Assembly (NCBI GenBank): GCA_965261545.1
Contig: CBDHDF010000002.1
Location: forward strand, 576,001 to 640,000
DNA from: Bdellovibrionales bacterium
Lineage (GTDB): Bacteria > Bdellovibrionota > Bdellovibrionia > Bdellovibrionales > UBA1609
Length of the DNA stretch: 64,000 nucleotides
Direction of reading: 5' to 3'
In this document: piece by piece, positions 33,701 through 42,859 of the stretch
Position numbering within the stretch: position 1 is the stretch's first letter
Layout of the letters: every line of letters starts with the position of its first letter
Made by a program: the position numbers and the translations under genes
Notes under the pieces: generated by a model
Database searches by the model: none
What the model saw: the letters and a program-made list of their open reading frames with translations, nothing else
Told to the model about the DNA's origin: nothing

Positions 33701-33798
33701 GCCAGTTATCCACAAAATTTATCCACAGCAGCACTGCGTTGCTAGACATCGGGGTCACAGCCGCAGTGTCGCCATGGATAAATTTATGGATAACTGGC
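33701..33798. repeat. DnaA-box-containing 98-bp hairpin (IS21-A copy 2)
   Basis: Two perfect TTATCCACA at 33706 and 33719; degenerate inverted boxes in the right arm. Confidence 0.8.
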
Positions 33799-34619
33799 TT
33801 TTACCGTACTATTTGCTCGTCACTCTCGCGGAGCTTTAGACATTAGCTGCGCCAAGGAATCCTGAAAAATACTCCATTTACCTCTGCCATAGGGCTGAAG
33901 GATGCATTTGGGGTCATGCCAAAAGTGGTGGGCAGAAAATCATTCCTCAGAATCTTGTGGCATAGTCCGAGTTAAATGATGAGCAAAATAAAGACACTTG
34001 ACTAAACTCTGAACGAAGAATAACTAAATCAGTACATCATCAACTGGCCGTTTTTCATTGGCGACGGCTTCTAAAAATGGCCAATTTTAATTGGCGCCTA
34101 ACAATTTATAAGGTGTCCGCCTTAAACGGTAAACGGTAGTAGAGGTTAAATCCGTCTATGTAAACATTTGTTTTCAATTTTTTGAGCCTTAAAAAGAAAC
34201 GAAAGCGGCCCTTCAGCCGCCTCGCACTCGCACCTACCCAACGAACCAAGTAGGAATGTTACTTTACATCGGCTACTTGTTGGAAAAAGTCAATCCTTAA
34301 AACTCTATGACATAAGTCCATAGGCTAAATATTAAATAATTTCAAACACTTAGATGACTCGTGCGGTTAATCAAAAGCCTGGCCGCGACGGAGATGGGAG
34401 ATGCCATCGAAGAATTTACGGGCACATTCGATTTTCGATTTTGGTTTTCTCAATTTCGTGTAATTTAATTGTCGCTTAACATCGCCTAACAACATTGGAG
34501 CCCTCATTGCTTACTGTTTAAGAAATAGGAAGCCTAGCATCCAATTAGTGAGCATGAGGAAAGCCTTCTAAAGGCTTTCTAAAAAAACCGAAACTGGGAA
34601 GCTATCGTCGGAAAATACT

Positions 34620-36617
34620 TTAACCACCATCATCGACACTTTCATCGAGTCCACCGTCACTAATATTCCAACTACGATCTATGAGGGCGCTTCGTGCATC
34701 AATAGCACTACTATTGTATTTTGAGTTTCCACCATGGAGTGAAATATCATTCTGCTGTGAGGTGGTGTGGATTTGATTGAGTAGGCTGCTGTATATTGTC
34801 GTGGGAAGAGTGAGTCCTTCAAGCATGTGACTCATCTTTGTGACGTTACGGAAATTCCATTGGGTCATATCGGGTTGAGCCACTGGGGCTTGCCTAAACA
34901 TAGAACTCATGTTTGTGACATTGGAGACATCCCAACCTCTGACGTCGGGATTGGCAACACCTGCCCCAGTAAACATCTCTTCCATGGTTGTGACGTTGGA
35001 TGTATTCCAACCGCTAACATCGGGATTGGCAGCCCTTGTCTCATAAAACATAGCACTCATGTTTGTGACATTGGATGTATCCCAACCACTGACATCGGGA
35101 TTGGTAACATCTGCCCCAGAAAACATATATTCCATGTTTGTGACATTGGAGACATCCCAACCGCTGACATCGGGATTGGCAACATCTGTCCTACTAAACA
35201 TAAAACCCATGTCTGTGACATTGGAGACATTCCAAAGGCTTACGTCGGGATTGGCAACATCTGCCCCATCAAACATATAATTCATGTCTGTGACATTGGA
35301 GACATCCCAACCGCTGACATCGGGATTGGCAACATCTGCCTCATAAAACATATCTTCCATGTTTGTGACATTGGAGACATCCCAACCGCTGACATCGGGA
35401 TTGGCAGTTGCCGTCTCTTCAAACATAGAACCCATGTCTGTCACCTTGGATGTATCCCAACCTCCAATGTCGAGATGAATAGATTCTGTATATCCAAACA
35501 TAGAACTCATGTCTGTAACTCCAGAAACATTTCCTCCACTTAGATACTCAATGGCCTTGCATTGCCTAAAGGCTCCTTTTAAACTCCGCCACCCCACATC
35601 ACCAAGATCTTTCACAGAGATGAGTTTTAACCTATGTGCTGTAGCCTCGTTATCGAAATTCCAAGCCTCAAGGGTCCCCGAAATGCTGACAGTGTAATCT
35701 CCAGCTTCGGCGTAGATATGAGTGATATCGCTGTCATCATGGGACGTGATCTCACTGGAGGAATCATCCCCCCAATCCACAGTAAAATTATACTTGTATC
35801 CTGAGGGCAAGGGGAGAGCGATGGCTTCACTTGCTTGAGAAGTTCTCCAAACAGAGACAAAGAAAGAAAACCCTCCATCGTTGATATTCCACCCTCGTTC
35901 TTTTAAGAGTTGTCGGATACTTTCGGAACGGCTGTCGTACTTAGAGTTCCCCACATCCAATGTGAAACTTTCCTGGGTGGAGGTTTCATAAAGCTGCTGA
36001 AGGAGTGTGTTATAGACCACTGTGGGAAGGGTAACTTCATTGAAAGTCTCATCCATTTTTGCCAAAAGAGCGAAATTCCATCCACTGAAGTCGATTTTCT
36101 TTATAGAAGTCGCCCCTTTAAACATGCGATCCATGTTTGTGACATTGGAGACGTCTCCTCCTCCGACTTGACGAAGGTTGCTGCAACCCTCAAAGGCTCC
36201 CTCTAAGTTGATCCACCCCATATTCCCTAAGTCGGTTACAGAAATGAGTTTGTCTTTGCTCCCACTGTTGTTGAAATACCAAGCCTCAAGCTCCCCCGAA
36301 ATAGTGACGATGTGGTCTCCAGACTCGGCATAGGTATGAGTGATATCGCTGTCATCATGGGATGTGATTTCATTAGAGGCACCATCACCCCAGTCCACAG
36401 TGAAATTATAATTATACCCTGGTCGCAACGGAAGAGTGATGGACTCATTTTCACTGGACAAACGCCACACAGAGATAAAGGGAGAAGTTGCCTCAGAAGC
36501 TGCCACAGGAGTAGTTTGCTCTGTATCACCACAGCCTAAAAAACTCGCCATGATGAGTCCAACAGAGAGACCCATGGTGAGTAAAGGTAGGGCTGCAAAA
36601 GTTTGTAATGGAGTCAA
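34620..36617 (-). CDS. DUF285/BspA-like repeat surface lipoprotein
   Basis: Lipobox FLGC; two PKD-like VDWGD modules; 25-aa W(D/N)VSNVTNM..MF repeats; GGAGGAGG RBS. Confidence 0.88.
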   Translation of the reverse strand: MTPLQTFAALPLLTMGLSVGLIMASFLGCGDTEQTTPVAASEATSPFISVWRLSSENESITLPLRPGYNYNFTVDWGDGASNEITSHDDSDITHTYAESGDHIVTISGELEAWYFNNSGSKDKLISVTDLGNMGWINLEGAFEGCSNLRQVGGGDVSNVTNMDRMFKGATSIKKIDFSGWNFALLAKMDETFNEVTLPTVVYNTLLQQLYETSTQESFTLDVGNSKYDSRSESIRQLLKERGWNINDGGFSFFVSVWRTSQASEAIALPLPSGYKYNFTVDWGDDSSSEITSHDDSDITHIYAEAGDYTVSISGTLEAWNFDNEATAHRLKLISVKDLGDVGWRSLKGAFRQCKAIEYLSGGNVSGVTDMSSMFGYTESIHLDIGGWDTSKVTDMGSMFEETATANPDVSGWDVSNVTNMEDMFYEADVANPDVSGWDVSNVTDMNYMFDGADVANPDVSLWNVSNVTDMGFMFSRTDVANPDVSGWDVSNVTNMEYMFSGADVTNPDVSGWDTSNVTNMSAMFYETRAANPDVSGWNTSNVTTMEEMFTGAGVANPDVRGWDVSNVTNMSSMFRQAPVAQPDMTQWNFRNVTKMSHMLEGLTLPTTIYSSLLNQIHTTSQQNDISLHGGNSKYNSSAIDARSALIDRSWNISDGGLDESVDDGG

Positions 36618-36775
36618 AGCTTACCTCCTCCGCTCATATTTTCTTCTTCTCACCTTGATATAAGAATATATAATATATTATATGTGCACTCTGGTTAAGG
36701 TGAAAACGCTGACTTAAATTTATGGACTTTATGCCTGTAAACGGAACTCTAAACCAATCCATATCATCTCTGGAT

Positions 36776-36878
36776 GTATCTATTCAGGGGGGCATGAGTT
36801 TACAGAGAGAGATTTATATTTTCTCTGATAAGAAGGAGCAATTTACCTCTTGAACTCTGCTACCCCCTGAACAGTTAC
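36776..36878. mobile_element. IS66-type MITE, 103 bp
   Basis: IRs GTATCTATTCAGGGGG / CCCCCTGAACAGTTAC; 8-bp TSD CTCTGGAT; empty site near 39808 in the paralogous unit. Confidence 0.9.
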
Positions 36879-36946
36879 CTCTGGATCATCATCAAAAACT
36901 AAGACCTTTTGTAAGTACTCATTTTATTCTCCCCTTCATGTAAGCC

Positions 36947-37178
36947 TCAACATCGACACTTTTCATCGAGTCCACCGTCACTAATACTCCAACGACGATC
37001 TATGAGGGCGCTTCGTGCATCAATGGCACTACTATTGTACTTTGAATTTCCACCATGGAATGAGATATTATTCTGTTGTGAGGTGGTATGGATTTGGTTG
37101 AGCAGGCTGCTGTATATTGCCGTGGGAAGGGTGAGTTCTTCAAGCATGTTACTCATCTTTGTGGCACTACGGAAATTC
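36947..37178 (-). pseudogene. Orphan 3' end of a DUF285 gene
   Basis: Matches the last about 75 codons of the DUF285 genes; frameshift near its end. Confidence 0.8.
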
Positions 37179-37817
37179 TGCGACGTCGAAATTAGGCCCT
37201 TTTTTGTTGAAAAAGTCGGATATAGCCATAATGGCTGTAAAGTCTTTATTTTAATAATATCATGGGGCTTTGTAAGGACTATATCTAGTAGTTCTTTTAT
37301 ATTAAGCCATTTATAAGGTGTCCGCCTTAAACGGTAAACGGTAGTAGAGGTTAAATCCGTCTATGTAAACATTTGTTTTCAATTTTTTGAGCCTTAAAAA
37401 GAAACGAAAGCGGCCCTTCAGCCGCCTCGCACTCGCACCTACCCAACGAACCAAGTAGGAATGTTACTTTACATCGGCTACTTGTTGGAAAAAGTCAATC
37501 CTTAAAACTCTATGACATAAGTTCATAGGCTAAATATTAAATAATTTCAAACACTTAGATGACTCGTGCGGTTAATCAAAAGCCTGGCCGCGACGGAGAT
37601 GCCATCGAAGAATTTACGGGCACATTCGATTTTCGATTTTGGTTTTCTCAATTTCGCGTAATTTAATTGTCGCTTAACATCGCCTAACAACATTGGAGCC
37701 CTCATTGCTTACTGTTTAAGAAATAGGAAGCCTAGCATCCAATTAGTGAGCATGAGGAAAGCCTTCTAAAGGCTTTCTAAAAAAACCGAAACTGGGAAGC
37801 TATCGTCGGAAAATACT

Positions 37818-39656
37818 TTAACCACCATCATCGACACTTTCATCGAGTCCATCGTCACTAATACTCCAACGACGATCTATGAGGGCGCTTCGTGCATCAA
37901 TAGCACTACTATTGTATTTTGAATTTCCACCATGGAATGAGATATCATTCTGTTGTGAGGTGGTATGGATTTGGTTGAGCAGGCTGCTGTATATTGCCGT
38001 GGGAAGGGTAAGTCCTTCAAACATATTATCCATCCTTGTGACACTAAGGAAATTCCATTGAGTCATATCGGGTTGAGCCATTGGGGTTTGCTTAAACATA
38101 GAACTCATGTCTGTGACTTTAGATGTATCCCAAGCACTGACATCGGGGTTGGCAACACCTGCGAGTGTAAACATAGATTCCATGTTTATGACGTTGGATG
38201 TATCCCAACCGCTGACATCGGGATTGGCAACATCTGTCCTACTAAACATAAAACCCATGTCTGTGACATTGGAGACATTCCAAAGGCTTACGTCGGGATT
38301 GGCAACATCTGCCCCATCAAACATATAATTCATGTCTGTGACATTGGAGACATCCCAACCGCTGACATCTGGATTGGCAACATCTGCCTCATAAAACATA
38401 TCTTCCATGTTTGTGACATTGGAGACATCCCAACCGCTGACATCGGGATTGGCAGTTGCCGTCTCTTCAAACATAGAACCCATGTCTGTCACCTTGGATG
38501 TATCCCAACCTCCAACGTCGAGATGAATAGATTCTGCATATCCAAACATAGAACTCATATCTGTAACCCCAGAAACATTTCCTCCACTTAGATACTCAAG
38601 GGCCTTGCATTGCCTAAAGGCTCCTTTTAAACTCCGCCACCCCACATCACCAAGATCTTTCACAGAGATGAGTTGTAACCTATGTGTTGTAGCCTCGCTA
38701 TCGAAATTCCAAGCTTCAAGGGTCCCCGAAATGGTGACAGTGTAATCTCCAGCTTCGGCGTAGATATGAGTGATATCGCTGTCATCATGGGACGTGATTT
38801 CGCTGGAGGAATCATCCCCCCAATCCACAGTAAAATTATACTTGTATCCTGAGGGCAAGGGGAGAGCAATGGCTTCACTTGTTTGAGAAGTTCTCCAAAC
38901 AGAGACAAAGAAAGAGAACCCTCCATCACTGATACTCCACCCTCGTTCTTTTAAGAGTTGTCGGATATTTTCGGAACGGCTGTCGTACTTAGAGTTCCCC
39001 ATATCCAATGTGAAATTTTCATGGGTGGAGGTTTCATAAAGTCGCTGAAGGAGTGTGTTATAGACCCCTGTGGGAAGGGTGACTTCACTGAAAGTCTCAT
39101 CCATCTTTGCCAAAAGAGCAAAATTCCATCCACTGAAGTCTATTTTCTTTATAGAAGCCGCCCCTTTAAACATGCGATCCATGTTTGTGACATTGGAGAC
39201 GTCTCCTCCTCCGACTTGACGAAGGTTGCTGCAACCCTCAAAGGCTCCCTCTAAGTTGAGCCACCCCATGTTCCCTAAGTCGGTCACAGAAATAAGTTTG
39301 TTTTTGCTCCCACTGTTGTTGAAATACCAAGCCTCAAGCTCCCCCGAAATAGTGACGGTGTGGTCTCCAGACTCGGCATAGGTATGAGTGATATCGCTGT
39401 CATCATGGGATGTGATTTCACTAGAGGCACCATCACCCCAATCCACAGTGAAATTATAATTATACCCTGATCGCAACGGAAGAGTGATGGACTCATTTTC
39501 ATTGGACAAACGCCACACAGAGATAAAGGAAGAAGCTGCCACAGAAGCAGTTTTCTCATCACCACAGCCTAAAAGATTCGCCATGATGAGGCCAACAGAG
39601 AGACCCATGGTAAGTAAAGGCAGGGTGCATCTTGCAAAAGTTTGTAATGAAGTCAA
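37818..39656 (-). CDS. DUF285/BspA-like repeat surface lipoprotein, paralogue
   Basis: Lipobox LLGC; same architecture with two fewer repeats. Confidence 0.88.
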   Translation of the reverse strand: MTSLQTFARCTLPLLTMGLSVGLIMANLLGCGDEKTASVAASSFISVWRLSNENESITLPLRSGYNYNFTVDWGDGASSEITSHDDSDITHTYAESGDHTVTISGELEAWYFNNSGSKNKLISVTDLGNMGWLNLEGAFEGCSNLRQVGGGDVSNVTNMDRMFKGAASIKKIDFSGWNFALLAKMDETFSEVTLPTGVYNTLLQRLYETSTHENFTLDMGNSKYDSRSENIRQLLKERGWSISDGGFSFFVSVWRTSQTSEAIALPLPSGYKYNFTVDWGDDSSSEITSHDDSDITHIYAEAGDYTVTISGTLEAWNFDSEATTHRLQLISVKDLGDVGWRSLKGAFRQCKALEYLSGGNVSGVTDMSSMFGYAESIHLDVGGWDTSKVTDMGSMFEETATANPDVSGWDVSNVTNMEDMFYEADVANPDVSGWDVSNVTDMNYMFDGADVANPDVSLWNVSNVTDMGFMFSRTDVANPDVSGWDTSNVINMESMFTLAGVANPDVSAWDTSKVTDMSSMFKQTPMAQPDMTQWNFLSVTRMDNMFEGLTLPTAIYSSLLNQIHTTSQQNDISFHGGNSKYNSSAIDARSALIDRRWSISDDGLDESVDDGG

Positions 39657-39849
39657 AGCTTACCTCCTCCGCTCATATTTTCTTCTTCTCATCTTGATAT
39701 AAGAATATGTAATATATATTATATGTACACTCTGGTTAAGGTGAAAACGCTGACTTGGATTTATGGACTTTATGCCTGTAAACGGAATTCTAAACTCATC
39801 CAAATCATCTCTGGATCATCATCAAAAACTTAAGACCTTTTGTAAGTAC

Positions 39850-40110
39850 TCATTTTATTCTCCCCTTCATGTAAGCCTCAACATCGACACTTTCATCGAG
39901 TCCACCGTCACTAATACTCCAACTACGATCTATGAGGGTGCTTCGTGCATCAATGGCACTACTATTGTATTTTGAATTTCCACCATGGAATGAGATATTA
40001 TTCTGTTGTGAGGTGCTATGGATTTGGTTGAGCAGGCTGCTGTATATTGCCGTGGGAAGAGTGAGTCCTTCAAGCATGTTACTCATCTTTGTGGCACTAC
40101 GGCAATTCTG
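39850..40110 (-). pseudogene. Orphan 3' end of a DUF285 gene
   Basis: Paralogous to 36947..37178. Confidence 0.8.
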
Positions 40111-40395
40111 CGGCGTCGAAATTAGGCCCATTTTTTGTTGATAAAGTCGGATATACCCATTTTATTGAGAGTGGTCCAAGTCAAAACGATTTTATAATAA
40201 ATTTATTTTTTATGTATTTTTTTGATCACAGACCCTTATCATTTAATTTTATTCAACCGAGTGATGAGTATAAACTTTAATAAGTGAACTCATGAATGTT
40301 TCTGGATCAACAACAAATGCAAATCCAAATTATTGATGGAATATTTTTCTATCATAATGATGGGTGTCTAAAAAAATGAGAAGGAAGCAACAACT

Positions 40396-42408
40396 ATGAA
40401 TAAAACAAAAAATGTATCATCTAAAAACAATTACTTTTACTTTTTATTTAGCTTATCTTTGATTCTTTTTGTGGGTTTAGGTTGCAAGGATCGTTCTAGT
40501 AAAAGACAAGAAAGAAAGCTTGTTGAACCACCCCCCATTGAAAATCCCGTCGACCCTCCCTCTGAATCCTCCCCTGGAAACAGTGAAAACAACACCCCTG
40601 GAAGCAACCCTGGGAACAGTGAAAACAGCAACTCTGAAAATACTGAGAACAACTCTGGTGGTACCACCACTCAAGCGTCCACACTGAGTATCAACGCACA
40701 ATTACCCCCCATTTCTTCAAACAATGTAGGAGCCTACACTGTAGGAGGAACCTGTAATTCAAGCACAACAGAAAGTGTATCTATATTCATTGAAGAACTT
40801 AAAACCAATCCTGTAGAAGTCTCTTGTGATTCCAATTCCTTTACAGGAACAATCGACGCAAGAGGGGTCGTTTCTCAAATAGCTACCATCAAAGTCACCC
40901 ATGGAAATGAGAACACAAGTGCTGAAGTTAATAATAGTATCACTTTTTCTGCGACACTGAAATTTCTATCATTGCCTCCACTTTCTTCCGATAACATGAA
41001 TCAATATATTATAAGTGGAACTTGTGACCCAAGCCTTGGAAATGTCACAATTATTATTGGGAAACCAAATGTAGAAAAAGATTTACCTTGTGATTCAAGA
41101 AATACATTTTTAGGAAATTTGAATGTAGAAAACGTATCATCCCATCCATCTGCTATTCAAGCAAGTCAAACTCAAGGAAGTACAATCGTTTCTTCCATGG
41201 ATAATAATATTAATCTCTTTGTAACAAAATGGAATTTTCCAAGTAATTTTGAATTCACTATACCTCTTAAAAATAAGTCATCATTAAGATATAACTTTAC
41301 TGTGGACTGGGGAGATAATACTAGCGTCAGTGAAGTTACATCTTTCGATGATCCAGATAAAGTACATACCTATCAAAACACCGGAGTATATACAATCAAG
41401 ATCCAAGGCACATGCGAAGGATTCCAAAACACCTTAGAATCCACAAAAGAGCGTTTGCTAGAGGTGGTCAACTTAGGAAATATGGGATGGAAAGATCTCT
41501 CTGAAGCTTTTCAGAGAAATATTTTTCTCTCAAATGTTTTTGGAGGAAATACATCCAATGTCACCAATATGAAGGGCATGTTTAGCTATACTCAAAAGGC
41601 GAATCCAAACACCGAAGGTTGGGACACTTCTAAGGTCACAGATATGTCTTATATGTTTGATATTGCTCAGGGGGCCAACCCAGATACCAGTGGTTGGGAT
41701 ACTTCCAAAGTGACAAATATGGGAGCTATGTTTCGGGTTGCTCAGAAGGCCAACCCAGAGACCAGTGGTTGGGATACTTCTAAGGTCACAGACATGAGAG
41801 CTATGTTTGCTCTGATCTCCAAAGAAGCCAACCCCGATGTCAGTCAATGGAATACTTCTAGGGTCAAAAATATGAGAGCTATGTTTTATGAATCCGTGAA
41901 AGCAAACCCAAATACAAGCCAATGGGATACCTCCAAAGTTTTGGATATGGCAGAGATGTTTTATGGTGCCACTGAGGCGAATCCGGATGTAAGTCAATGG
42001 GATATTTCCGGAGTCCAGGATATGTCATCCATGTTTCACAATGCCACCAATGCAAATCCAGATGTAAGTCAATGGAAGACTGGACTTCTCATGAATGTGT
42101 CAAATATGTTTCACAATGCCAGCAATGCAAATCCAGATACAAGTAGCTGGGCCTTTCCAGTCCTCAGATATCCTTTAGATAATATGTTTCTATCATCAGG
42201 ATTGTCTGTTGAAAATTATTCAAAATTTTTAATAAGTATCAATAAAAGGAAACTTAGAGGTCTTCCTGGCTACTATTCCCCTCCAAGCACTAAGAATATC
42301 AATGTAAACACATTGCAATACAACTCCAGTGCTAAAGCCGCCCGTGAAAGCTTAATAAGTAAAGGGTGGACCATTACAGATGGAGATCTTGAGGAGAATA
42401 GTCAGTAG
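40396..42408 (+). CDS. DUF285/BspA-like lipoprotein with Pro/Ser/Asn linker and Ig-like modules
   Basis: Lipobox GLGC; two Y...GTC..C modules; VDWGD; WDTSKVTDM..MF repeats. Confidence 0.87.
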   Translation: MNKTKNVSSKNNYFYFLFSLSLILFVGLGCKDRSSKRQERKLVEPPPIENPVDPPSESSPGNSENNTPGSNPGNSENSNSENTENNSGGTTTQASTLSINAQLPPISSNNVGAYTVGGTCNSSTTESVSIFIEELKTNPVEVSCDSNSFTGTIDARGVVSQIATIKVTHGNENTSAEVNNSITFSATLKFLSLPPLSSDNMNQYIISGTCDPSLGNVTIIIGKPNVEKDLPCDSRNTFLGNLNVENVSSHPSAIQASQTQGSTIVSSMDNNINLFVTKWNFPSNFEFTIPLKNKSSLRYNFTVDWGDNTSVSEVTSFDDPDKVHTYQNTGVYTIKIQGTCEGFQNTLESTKERLLEVVNLGNMGWKDLSEAFQRNIFLSNVFGGNTSNVTNMKGMFSYTQKANPNTEGWDTSKVTDMSYMFDIAQGANPDTSGWDTSKVTNMGAMFRVAQKANPETSGWDTSKVTDMRAMFALISKEANPDVSQWNTSRVKNMRAMFYESVKANPNTSQWDTSKVLDMAEMFYGATEANPDVSQWDISGVQDMSSMFHNATNANPDVSQWKTGLLMNVSNMFHNASNANPDTSSWAFPVLRYPLDNMFLSSGLSVENYSKFLISINKRKLRGLPGYYSPPSTKNINVNTLQYNSSAKAARESLISKGWTITDGDLEENSQ

Positions 42409-42568
42409 CTGTTAGGCGACAGTAGCTACCTGAAATTTCCTTTTTGGGATTTCAGGAAGTAAGAGCGTACCCACTCATCGAGTCTCGGACTGGCTTTCAT
42501 AGATGCCTTATATGTAGCGAGAGAGAGAGAAATATATAGGATCTCATTTTATCTTATAAAGTCTCATT

Positions 42569-42619
42569 GTAACATTCATGGGCGTGGGTGGGGAAGCAAG
42601 GCGCCCCCATGAATGTTAC
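42569..42619. mobile_element. 51-bp micro-MITE with IS66-like termini
   Basis: GTAACATTCATGGG..CCCATGAATGTTAC flanked by 8-bp direct repeat GTCTCATT. Confidence 0.7.
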
Positions 42620-42859
42620 GTCTCATTTTTATCTATTAAGAATATGACGCAATTGGCCGTATAGTATAATAGTGTATAAGTATAAGATAGTTTATATTGA
42701 AAGAGCTTCATACAATAACCCAATACGAAGAGGCCACGGTATGCTTTAAAGCATACTTTATAAGTATAATCTAAGGCTTATAAGCATGTGAATACTATTA
42801 CCCCGATGGGCGGGTTCACCATCGGTGATTAAGTAGGACGTTTCGAGGGGATTGTTGTT

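Larger units (their letters stand above)
27894..34103 (+). mobile_element. IS21 family A, copy 2, with nested IS21-B
   Basis: Same ends as copy 1; TSD ATTTA; empty site at 37301-37320. Confidence 0.93.
34104..40160. repeat. Tandem duplication of a unit of about 3 kb (27861-27893 plus 34109-37229 versus 37281-40160)
   Basis: Near-identical non-coding blocks of about 500 bp, paralogous genes, upstream regions and 3'-end fragments. Confidence 0.88.

Noticed and set aside
30608..33798. Chromosomal oriC
   Set aside because: The DnaA boxes lie inside multi-copy IS, with no dnaA/dnaN or evident unwinding element.
34474..34490. Integron attC sites (GTTAGGC cores)
   Set aside because: No paired R''/L boxes or integrase; better explained as IS21-like end sequence.
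34900..35520. CRISPR-like periodic repeats
   Set aside because: 75-bp in-frame coding repeats of DUF285; no unique spacers and no cas genes.
34827..38591. Antisense ORFs of 238 and 208 aa, and other short shadow ORFs such as 30528..30968 and 23865..24296
   Set aside because: Shadows of repetitive genes or IS non-coding ends, with no recognisable motifs.
34620..40131. Diversity-generating retroelement (RT plus 3' template repeats of the DUF285 genes)
   Set aside because: The gene-versus-fragment differences I checked are not adenine-specific, there is no avd-like gene, and the RT lies in a group II intron with DV/DVI.
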